Positions 7,871 to 15,635 of a DNA stretch of 64,000 bases are shown here, piece by piece. Position 1 is the first letter of the stretch, and each line of letters opens with the position of its first letter. This DNA is from a virus. The stretch lies in the IMG/VR virus record IMGVR_UViG_3300023184_000086, positions 1-64,000 of that record. One strand, written 5' to 3'. The translations under genes were made by a program, and so were the position numbers. A model generated the notes under the pieces. The model saw nothing but the letters and a program-made list of their open reading frames with translations. It had not been told where the DNA came from and made no database searches.

Positions 7871-8214
7871 GAGAAACCCGCCGAAGCGGGTTCTGGTTGT
7901 TTCTTTTATACAGTAAGTCCTACTGCACCTTAGCCTTAAGCGGCCATGGAATATAAACTATCGTTTGCCTTTAGTTTGATTTGCTTGATTTACGGTCATC
8001 GCCTACCGAGTTGCCGTCGCTGACTATTTGCCCAATCGATTACCAGAGCAGGCCCATTATAAAACATACTACAAGGTATCCAGACTTCCAACCCCGGGTA
8101 ATCAACGTTTTACCGGTCGCCGATTTAGTAATATGCTTTATGGTGGACCTGGCCGGATTCGAACCGGCGTCTTGAACACATCCTCTTTGAAGGGATTACA
8201 ACTATTAACTTACA
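7871..8214 (-). ncRNA. ssrA: Circularly permuted (two-piece) tmRNA gene
   Basis: Order on minus strand: T-arm and acceptor 3' end GACGCCGGTTCGAATCCGGCCAGGTCCACCA (8171-8141), 85-nt spacer, 5' end GGGCCTG (8055), pk1-like region, tag frame 7968-7936 ANDSLYSMAA*, terminator. GGGCCTG/CAGGTCC gives a 7-bp stem with G3-U70. Outer 5' boundary is approximate. Confidence 0.93.
7873..7894 (-). terminator. Terminator of tmRNA gene
   Basis: AACCCGC-TTCG-GCGGGTT hairpin then TCTCTT. Confidence 0.85.
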
Positions 8215-8222
8215 GTATATAT

Positions 8223-8654
8223 TTATTTTGTAGCGTCTGCAAGTTCTTTATATCCAGCCCAACTTGGATGAATATTATCTGTTTGCACACGGGTAATTGG
8301 TAATACTATATCACCATTTTCACCAGCAACTACTTTAACAAAACTTTGTATCCAATCTATTTCTAAACTACTAGATGGATTGTTACCGTGCGGAAGTATC
8401 CAAAATACACGATCGGCTTTAACAGCCTTGCGTATCTGTTGTAGTTCTAAAATAGTTCTTACACCTGTGTGATCGTTAGAACCCAAACTGATGATTACAG
8501 TCTTGGCAACAGGCAAGGCACCTTGATCACTTTCGAGATATTTCTTACGCCATTGTTGGCTATTGATACCGCCACGAGCATAGGCCACACATTCTGGTCT
8601 ATATTTGGCTGTACCTACGGCTATGCTATCACCTAGAATTAAACAGTCCAACAT
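8223..8654 (-). CDS. SGNH/GDSL hydrolase
   Basis: ILGDSIA (block I), SLGSND (block III), DNIHP (block V). Confidence 0.88.
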   Translation of the reverse strand: MLDCLILGDSIAVGTAKYRPECVAYARGGINSQQWRKKYLESDQGALPVAKTVIISLGSNDHTGVRTILELQQIRKAVKADRVFWILPHGNNPSSSLEIDWIQSFVKVVAGENGDIVLPITRVQTDNIHPSWAGYKELADATK

Positions 8655-8656
8655 GA

Positions 8657-8761
8657 TTATTTTTTCTTCTTAGCGGCTCGTTTAGCCATAGTCTTTACAG
8701 TTTTTGGCTTAGGTGGTTTTTTACCTTTAAGGATCTGACTTACTCTACGGGGGCTTGGCAT
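8657..8761 (-). CDS. Very basic 34-aa peptide
   Basis: MPSPRRVSQILKGKKPPKPKTVKTMAKRAAKKKK with AGGAAA RBS; fills the gap between neighbours. Confidence 0.6.
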   Translation of the reverse strand: MPSPRRVSQILKGKKPPKPKTVKTMAKRAAKKKK

Positions 8762-8776
8762 AATGATATTTCCTAA

Positions 8777-8923
8777 TTAGTCAATACGAGAATAGTTAAG
8801 AACCATACCGGAACCGTACTGTGCTTCGGCAATCATTTTGGCTTGCCAATCGTTATCGGCACTGACTACAACATTAGCAGTTTGATATTGATTAAGACGA
8901 ACCCAAACAGTGTAACGGTACAT
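8777..8923 (-). CDS. Small hypothetical early protein (48 aa)
   Basis: MYRYTVWVRLNQYQTANVVVSADNDWQAKMIAEAQYGSGMVLNYSRID, AAGGAG RBS, consensus promoter upstream. Confidence 0.8.
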   Translation of the reverse strand: MYRYTVWVRLNQYQTANVVVSADNDWQAKMIAEAQYGSGMVLNYSRID

Positions 8924-8952
8924 AGTAGACTCCTTTGTGTTGTTAAGTACTA

Positions 8953-8981
8953 ATTATAACAAGGTTTTACCTATTTGTCAA
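8953..8981 (-). promoter_or_regulatory. Consensus sigma70 (early) promoter
   Basis: TTGACA-N17-TATAAT. Confidence 0.85.
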
Positions 8982-9006
8982 CAGATATTTCACCAAAAAG
9001 TGGAGA

Positions 9007-9082
9007 AATCTGCAAGAATTGGCTTCTCCTGCCTCCCGGACTTGCACCTTCCAAAATGCTATGCATTATACCCTTGCAGACT
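9007..9082 (-). ncRNA. Candidate structured intergenic RNA
   Basis: 12-bp closing stem AGTCTGCAAGGG/TTCTTGCAGATT with G-U pairs on minus strand enclosing two sub-helices. Confidence 0.4.
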
Positions 9083-9089
9083 ATAATAC

Positions 9090-9953
9090 TTATGTTTTTG
9101 TCGGTCGCCAGCAACTAACCCAATTTGCATTACTAGCAGCAGTCCCGCCCGGATAAGAAATAGTTATATCTCCATCGTCGGGATTATTCTTACCACCACT
9201 AGGAGTTTGATTACCGCCAACAAAACTATATTTTCCATTAGCGGCGGTATAAACAAAATTTACATGTCTATAACTCCAAAATGCAATATCTCCGGGTCTT
9301 GCTTCGGCTTTAGGTACTTGTACTGCTCCCCACTTTTCTGGATTGGTAGTGATAAGTGCAGCACTGGCAGTTTGAACATATCTGTAACCTGAGTTTTTAA
9401 GAGCAAAATTAATAAATCCCATACACCAAGCAGTTTGATCTGTAGTCCATGGGTTAGCAGAAGGATATCCAAGATTGGCCCATATGCTAGTAATTTTAGG
9501 ATTACTCGGTTTACCACCTTGTCCTGTCTCTCTCCAGGTACCCGATCCCGTTTCTGCAATTCTTGCTTCTAAGAATGGTATGATATCAGATGCAGTGGGA
9601 TCAGTTGCTATTGTTCCGTCTGGAACAGAAGCAGGATCGGATACTTCTGGAGTACCTGCATAGTTACCTTTAACACCATCGGCAGCAGCCGCAGGTTTAT
9701 AATACGCATTAGGTTCTCCATTTTGAGCAGCAATAGTATCATTGACCAATGTTTCAGCCGCTGCCTGATCACCTGGGGGAATAGTAACAGTAACTGATAC
9801 TGATGCCATTCCGAAAATTCCTGCACTACCGGGGGAACCGTAGGGTACTACAGGAACATTATTTACAAATACATTTGAACTTTGATAAACGTCTTCAACA
9901 CCGATCCCGCCATAAATTGCTTGGGCGGCATTTCCTGGTTTATATCCTGGCAT
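9090..9953 (-). CDS. CHAP/NlpC-P60-type peptidoglycan hydrolase (TIGR02594-like), probably virion associated
   Basis: TAWCMGF (Cys), PGDI, HVNFV (His), GGNQ; N-terminal SSNVFVNN resembles PAAR-type strand. Confidence 0.8.
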   Translation of the reverse strand: MPGYKPGNAAQAIYGGIGVEDVYQSSNVFVNNVPVVPYGSPGSAGIFGMASVSVTVTIPPGDQAAAETLVNDTIAAQNGEPNAYYKPAAAADGVKGNYAGTPEVSDPASVPDGTIATDPTASDIIPFLEARIAETGSGTWRETGQGGKPSNPKITSIWANLGYPSANPWTTDQTAWCMGFINFALKNSGYRYVQTASAALITTNPEKWGAVQVPKAEARPGDIAFWSYRHVNFVYTAANGKYSFVGGNQTPSGGKNNPDDGDITISYPGGTAASNANWVSCWRPTKT

Positions 9954-9974
9954 ACCATTCTCCTAATCTAATAT

Positions 9975-10262
9975 TTACCTTAGGGCAATATCAGTAGTAC
10001 TGTCTCTATATTGGTCTGCGGCCTCGTGCTTGCTAGTCATCATGGCAAATATATGTGACTTGTTTAAAGTTACTTCTTTGCCATTGCCGAGAAACATCCA
10101 AGGCATTAGTCCAACACCTTGACCATTAAGTGTAACACATAATGGTTTAATAATTTTAACCGTATCAGCAGTTTCGCTTTCAAAACGTGCTATAAGTTCC
10201 TCACCGTTGATTAGTTTTAAACTAACAACATCGGCAGATGTAAATCCTCTTTCTATTAACAT
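9975..10262 (-). CDS. Sm-like fold hypothetical protein
   Basis: VVSLKLINGEELIAR...KP...LMPWM pattern of phage Sm-like proteins. Confidence 0.55.
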   Translation of the reverse strand: MLIERGFTSADVVSLKLINGEELIARFESETADTVKIIKPLCVTLNGQGVGLMPWMFLGNGKEVTLNKSHIFAMMTSKHEAADQYRDSTTDIALR

Positions 10263-10263
10263 T

Positions 10264-10725
10264 TTATTCCTTTTCTTCTTTTGGTAATTCGCATAAAGCC
10301 TCTAAGGTCTTATAGTGATTGTATGCTTTCTTCAACGCTTCAAAGTGTTCTAATTTTTCTGGGTCTGGTACTAGTATGGCCAAACGCTTGGATATTGTTT
10401 CCATAAACTCGCCGAGATCGTGACCGTTTACTTTAACCTTGCCTTCAAACTCTGCATCACCCTTAACATTCAGTGATGATTGACTGTTACTGTTATTGAT
10501 AGTTGCCCAACTTGGCAGGCCGCTACCGTTGGTGGTAAAAACAGTACCGTTCATATTAGTAGTTGGAATTGTTCCGCCACTGCTGCCCGCAGCACCCACA
10601 TTGTATTGCGGGTATGGACCTATCATACTAGAAGTTAGATAGGGTATATTAGTTGTGTCTAATGTAATAGTATCAGCACCTATACTGGATATAGTTATGA
10701 TATCTTCGGGGATAGGAGAACTCAT
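10264..10725 (-). CDS. Hypothetical protein
   Basis: Coupled ORF; C-terminal RLAILVPDPEKLEHFEALKKAY helix. Confidence 0.7.
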   Translation of the reverse strand: MSSPIPEDIITISSIGADTITLDTTNIPYLTSSMIGPYPQYNVGAAGSSGGTIPTTNMNGTVFTTNGSGLPSWATINNSNSQSSLNVKGDAEFEGKVKVNGHDLGEFMETISKRLAILVPDPEKLEHFEALKKAYNHYKTLEALCELPKEEKE

Positions 10726-10943
10726 TTTAGATATTCCCTAAGTTCAGTAAATCCACCAACATGAGCCTCTTCAATAAAAATTTGAGGAAGAGTTCGTGCA
10801 TTAGGTACTGCTTCTAATAGTTCTTCTTTTGTATAACCATCACCAATCTTACGTTCTTCAATTTGATAACCTTTAGACTTTAGTAATGCGTGTGCTTGAT
10901 CACAGTAAGGGCAGTGATACTTACTCCATAATATTGCTTTCAT
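10722..10943 (-). CDS. Glutaredoxin
   Basis: CPYC active site, TLPQIF and GGF motifs; start reassigned to MKAILWSK (10943); downstream of nrdAB. Confidence 0.93.
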   Translation of the reverse strand: MKAILWSKYHCPYCDQAHALLKSKGYQIEERKIGDGYTKEELLEAVPNARTLPQIFIEEAHVGGFTELREYLK

Positions 10944-10945
10944 TT

Positions 10946-11575
10946 TTATCCTTTTATATATGATGCTTTGTAATAGGTTGATGCAACCATTGACCAACCT
11001 GCGTTTAAAAGATGTGATCTAATGACATTGTGATCATAATAATCTACAACATCGTCGTAAACAAATATTGCTCCTTTAGGTGCCCTTGGTTCAAAAAATA
11101 ATGTTTCATTAAGTGTGGTCTCTAAACTATGAGGCCCATCAAAATGTACTAATGAGTATTCATTAATTATCTGCTTACCCTTATCAAAATAAACAGGAAC
11201 ACCATCTGCAAATCTTTTAAAAAATTCTGTATCTTCCATTGGATACAGATAAAAATTAATGTTAGGATTTTCTATACAATATTGCGACATAGAAATCATA
11301 ATTCTATCACGCATATTATTTGTGTAATCTGTTTCTGCTGGAATAATATTCTCTTTCCAGAAATATGGAATCTCACCATAGGGGTCTATAGCAATATGTG
11401 TACGCGGCGCTATTTTTGTTTGAAGTGCATCTAATATACGTTTTGTTCCACCTCCGGCACGTAATCCTATTTCACAAGTAATACCAGGAACATCTCTAAC
11501 CATCATAGCAGCATCATACAATATGTAATAATCGCCACAACCGTCTTCAAATTCTCCTGCTTTGAAATCACTCAT
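10946..11575 (-). CDS. Class I SAM-dependent methyltransferase (Methyltransf_24-like)
   Basis: CEIGLRAGGG motif I, AIDPY, VHFDGPH, VYDD. Confidence 0.82.
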   Translation of the reverse strand: MSDFKAGEFEDGCGDYYILYDAAMMVRDVPGITCEIGLRAGGGTKRILDALQTKIAPRTHIAIDPYGEIPYFWKENIIPAETDYTNNMRDRIMISMSQYCIENPNINFYLYPMEDTEFFKRFADGVPVYFDKGKQIINEYSLVHFDGPHSLETTLNETLFFEPRAPKGAIFVYDDVVDYYDHNVIRSHLLNAGWSMVASTYYKASYIKG

Positions 11576-11577
11576 TC

Positions 11578-11742
11578 TTATCCTCGTCTATTAATTGCTG
11601 AGGCTATCTGATTAACCTCGCTGCGTCTGCGACTGTTTTCTCTTTCTAATAAACCAATACGTTGATTTAATTCTTGATTTTGTTTAATCAATTGTTCAAC
11701 ATGTTGTTCAAGTTTTTTAATTTTATCAGTTTCGGTAGACAT
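11578..11742 (-). CDS. Small coiled-coil protein (54 aa)
   Basis: MSTETDKIKKLEQHVEQLIKQNQELNQRIGLLERENSRRRSEVNQIASAINRRG; TAATG overlap with nrdB stop. Confidence 0.75.
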   Translation of the reverse strand: MSTETDKIKKLEQHVEQLIKQNQELNQRIGLLERENSRRRSEVNQIASAINRRG

Positions 11743-12845
11743 TATAGATCCGGTAGTTCGTCATAACTAACATTATCACTCATTACACCGATTACATAAT
11801 TAGTGCTTTCGGTTTCTTGTAATGCACTTTGTTTCTTGCCAATATTGACATGTTTATTAAACCATGGAATAGGACTTGAACGTGGATGCTCTTCAGCATA
11901 TTTGATACCAATGTCTTTTAGTCTAACGAATGCTGTATAATCCACAAAGTCTTTAAGGATAGCAGCATTGAGGCCAATCACTGGACCTTTCTTGAACAAG
12001 TAATCTGCCCAGGCCTTTTCTTCCGCTATGACCTCCATATACATAGCATACACTTCTTCCTTGCATTCTTCTACCACTTCGGCAAACCGTTCATCATCTT
12101 TTACCACATTATTAATTAACCAAGCAGTCCATTCTGCATGTAATAACTCATCCTGCAAAATTAAACTAATAATATTGCCGTTGCCAATATAGATTTTATT
12201 TTCAACCATGGCTAAACTTGTAGCAAATGAAACCATAAAGCGGAATGCCTCTAATGCATAACTAGCATTTAATGCTAGCCAAATTGCTTTAATATGACTT
12301 TTTTCGTTTACTGTTTTTGGATTGAGTTCTTTAAAACAATTTAGTTCATGCAGTTTGTCATAGTAGCGTCCAATGCTGGCAGACATGTCTACAATTTCTT
12401 TAGTGTCGTGAATCTTGTTAAATTCTTCTTTGGGCACACTATATACATTACGTATGATGTGACTATAACTCTTGCTATGTATATTAGTTTCAAAGAAACT
12501 CCAATTGCTTACCAAGGCTTCAAGTTCTGGTATGCTGATAACTGGACTAAAGATTTGACTTGGAGCACGACCTTGTATACTGTCCAATGCTGTTTGACGT
12601 AATAGATTGCTGGTGAAAATATGTTTGACAGCATCACTGGCATCCTTGTGATCCATCTTGTCTTTGGTCAAACTGATTTCTTCTGGTACCCAAAAGAATC
12701 CACGGGCTAATTCTTCAAACTTAGCGATCTTAGGATATTTGACTTCTTCAAAACGCTGGACGGTTACTGGACCCTCTATGTCCAAAAACATCTTGCGTTT
12801 GAGATAGTTTGTTTGTTTTGATAAATCGTATTGTTCTTTACTCAT
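11742..12845 (-). CDS. nrdB: Ribonucleotide reductase class Ia beta subunit
   Basis: FFWVPEE, LDSIQGR, ETNIHSKSY, LEAFRF, DELLH di-iron/tyrosyl radical motifs; start MSKEQY. Confidence 0.96.
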   Translation of the reverse strand: MSKEQYDLSKQTNYLKRKMFLDIEGPVTVQRFEEVKYPKIAKFEELARGFFWVPEEISLTKDKMDHKDASDAVKHIFTSNLLRQTALDSIQGRAPSQIFSPVISIPELEALVSNWSFFETNIHSKSYSHIIRNVYSVPKEEFNKIHDTKEIVDMSASIGRYYDKLHELNCFKELNPKTVNEKSHIKAIWLALNASYALEAFRFMVSFATSLAMVENKIYIGNGNIISLILQDELLHAEWTAWLINNVVKDDERFAEVVEECKEEVYAMYMEVIAEEKAWADYLFKKGPVIGLNAAILKDFVDYTAFVRLKDIGIKYAEEHPRSSPIPWFNKHVNIGKKQSALQETESTNYVIGVMSDNVSYDELPDL

Positions 12846-15166
12846 AATTTGCACGCCTCGCAGTCATCTTCATCACTATATATTGTAATAGGTTCTACAG
12901 CCAATAGTCGTTCGCTTTGGGTGTTTAATATATTCTTACTACCTACTTTATCTATTAGGCTATAATACATAGTCTTTAATCCCCACTTGTATGCCAACAT
13001 TAAATTTTTGGCAATCAATGTGCCCGGAACTTTTCCGTCTCTAAAATGTCGAGGACTGTAGAATGTATTTGTACTTAGACTTTGATCGATGTACGCTGCT
13101 AATACTGCTGATGTTTTTAAGTAGTCAACACAATCAGATTGTTCCCACATTAGTTGATATCGATTCTTTAAACGTTTATATTCAGGAACAACTTGTGTAA
13201 ATGAACCTGCTTTGCTTTCTTTAACACTAATTAGTTCCATGGGCATTTCAATACCATTGGTACTGTTTAATACAACACTACTAGATTCAACGGGAGCAAC
13301 TGCCATAAGTGTAGCATTACGTATGCCATATTTCTTCATACGTTCACGCAATGGTTCCCAATCTATACTAGGTGTAAAGTCAGTTAATTCATTAACACCT
13401 GCTGCTCTACGTTCCCAAGGAAATATTCCCTTACCGTAGTAAGTGTGTTCGCTACGCTTACATGGGCCACGCTCTTGGGCCAGTTCCACACTTGCTTCGG
13501 TAAGGTAATATGCTTGATGTTCCATCCAGCGTTTGACTTCTGCCAATGCATCTGCTTCGCCATATTTAAAACTCTTACGTGCATGCCAGTATGCTAAGTT
13601 TGTAATGCCAACACCTAGCGGCTCAAAATCTTCGTTGGCTAATTTACTTTGTATGCTCAGGAAGTCTTGATATTGTAACAAGTTACTTAGACTGCGAACC
13701 AATACACGACACGCTTTACGCATTTCTTGTGGGTTACGGAAAGCACCCCAATTTACGGACCCAAGAGTACAAAGAGCAATGCGTCCCTCTGGATCTTCAA
13801 TTCTCTGGAAAGGTTTCGTGGGTAAAAGTATTTCTTGGCATAAATTTGATTGATATATTGGGTCAAGCCTAGTGTCAAACGGCCCCTGGTTGATAACGTT
13901 GTCGATATTGACAAGATAGATGCGCCCAGTATCAGTACGTTCTTTAAGGATACCATTTTTGAATATCTCATCTGCCGATATGCGTTTCTTTTTAATTGTC
14001 GGATGCTTCTCATAGTTTACATACAATGTTTCAAATTCTTTACTGTCTCTGTAATAAGATTCATATAAATCAGGCACTTCTGCAGGATCAAACAATGTGA
14101 TCATTTCGCCACGTTTATAACGATTCCAAAACATGGCGTTGACCACTACGCTGTAATCCATTTGACGCACACGGGTTTCGTCAGTACCTTGATTGTTTTT
14201 TAATACAATAAGATCTTCAAACTGATAATGCCACACAGGAAATGTTACAGTACAACTAGCATTACGAATACCACCCTGACTACAACTACGGAGGTCGGCA
14301 AACCATTTCTTCAAGAACGGAATCATACCAGTGTGTTTAATTTCACCATTACGTATTGGGGCACCTAATGGACGAATACGTCCGATCTCTAATCCTATAC
14401 CAGCACGTTTACTGGCATATTTGGCCATCATTTCACCACTTGCAAAGATACTGTCCAAAGTATCATCGCTACTGATAAGCACACAACTACTGAACTGCTT
14501 AGTAGTAGTACCGAGACCAGCAAGCACAGGTGTAGCCAACGTAAAATGACCCGCGCTAGCACATTCGTAATATTCTTTGACATATTTTAATCTTGCCTCC
14601 TTAGATTCATTATGGAATGCTGTGGCAGAAGCAACAGCATAGCGTACCTGAGGAGTTTCAAATATCTGTCCAGTGGCACGATTCTGTACTAGATACTTTT
14701 CACATAACTGTGCTATAGCAGCATAGGTATATGTTTCATCTTTATCGTGATCAATAAAGAGATCTATAATATTCCATTCATCTTCTGTATACCACTCTAG
14801 TAGTTCAGGAGTATACATACCTAACTCTACATTTTTCTGTATAATGCTATATAATTTAGGAGGTTCATATTGTCCATATACTTCTTTACGTAGCATACTA
14901 ACACGTTGTCTACCTGCTACATATTGATAGTTGACATTATTAATTTCTGGATTTTCACTTTCATCAACTAAATCTACCATTGCTTTGAGCAATAGTTCAT
15001 CAATTGTTTCAGTAGTCATACCATCATGTAGTTCAATTTGCGCTTTGATTTCGATCATACTAGGACTAACTCCGTCTATACCCTTACAAGAGTATGCTAC
15101 CTGTCTTTGTATTTTTTCAATATCAATGGGGACGCGATTCCCATTACGCTTTACTACTGTAATCAT
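12842..15166 (-). CDS. nrdA: Ribonucleotide reductase class Ia alpha subunit
   Basis: ATP cone (VVKRNG), FSSC, SNLCQEI, KTMYY, C-terminal CEAC. Confidence 0.97.
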   Translation of the reverse strand: MITVVKRNGNRVPIDIEKIQRQVAYSCKGIDGVSPSMIEIKAQIELHDGMTTETIDELLLKAMVDLVDESENPEINNVNYQYVAGRQRVSMLRKEVYGQYEPPKLYSIIQKNVELGMYTPELLEWYTEDEWNIIDLFIDHDKDETYTYAAIAQLCEKYLVQNRATGQIFETPQVRYAVASATAFHNESKEARLKYVKEYYECASAGHFTLATPVLAGLGTTTKQFSSCVLISSDDTLDSIFASGEMMAKYASKRAGIGLEIGRIRPLGAPIRNGEIKHTGMIPFLKKWFADLRSCSQGGIRNASCTVTFPVWHYQFEDLIVLKNNQGTDETRVRQMDYSVVVNAMFWNRYKRGEMITLFDPAEVPDLYESYYRDSKEFETLYVNYEKHPTIKKKRISADEIFKNGILKERTDTGRIYLVNIDNVINQGPFDTRLDPIYQSNLCQEILLPTKPFQRIEDPEGRIALCTLGSVNWGAFRNPQEMRKACRVLVRSLSNLLQYQDFLSIQSKLANEDFEPLGVGITNLAYWHARKSFKYGEADALAEVKRWMEHQAYYLTEASVELAQERGPCKRSEHTYYGKGIFPWERRAAGVNELTDFTPSIDWEPLRERMKKYGIRNATLMAVAPVESSSVVLNSTNGIEMPMELISVKESKAGSFTQVVPEYKRLKNRYQLMWEQSDCVDYLKTSAVLAAYIDQSLSTNTFYSPRHFRDGKVPGTLIAKNLMLAYKWGLKTMYYSLIDKVGSKNILNTQSERLLAVEPITIYSDEDDCEACKL

Positions 15167-15198
15167 TGCCTAACCTTTTTATTGTTCTTAGATGATAT

Positions 15199-15633
15199 TT
15201 ACCTAGGACCTAAAACTTCTATTATATTTTCAAGTTTAAATCCGTCATTTATTTCTAATACAGAAACCGGACCATTATCATTATAATTAATAGCCCAAGT
15301 ATTATCAACACATATTACATTGTACTGTCTAGTCCGATTAGAATCAACCATTGTTTTAATTTCTATTTTAGAATCTTTAAATTTTTTTGTCAATTTCAAA
15401 GTCCAACTAATCATCAATGCTTTAGTAAAATCATCGTATAGATTAGTCTCTATGATCTCCCAGGGTGTAGGCCAACTTTTTTGATGGTACGGATCGATAT
15501 TTCTATTATGTGGAATGAATGGAGCAGTTTGCCAAAATTCCCAAACTGCCTGCAATGGATCGGAACTGTTATCCAATTTTTTTCTATGTTTGATCCACTC
15601 TGTTAGTCTTTGATCAACAGGTTGGTTAAACAT
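15199..15633 (-). CDS. Hypothetical protein
   Basis: Coupled to upstream structural gene; WPTPWEII motif. Confidence 0.7.
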   Translation of the reverse strand: MFNQPVDQRLTEWIKHRKKLDNSSDPLQAVWEFWQTAPFIPHNRNIDPYHQKSWPTPWEIIETNLYDDFTKALMISWTLKLTKKFKDSKIEIKTMVDSNRTRQYNVICVDNTWAINYNDNGPVSVLEINDGFKLENIIEVLGPR

Positions 15634-15635
15634 AA

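Noticed and set aside
8141-8200. Stand-alone tRNA gene or attachment-site remnant
   Set aside because: No D-arm or anticodon arm upstream; the matching 5' acceptor strand lies downstream with a tag frame, which fits permuted tmRNA
7981-8303. Plus-strand ORFs 7981-8175 and 8028-8303
   Set aside because: Antisense shadows of the tmRNA (VDLAGFEPAS is the typical antisense T-arm read-out)
11742-15166. Intron or intein in nrdA/nrdB
   Set aside because: Both have normal length and continuous motifs
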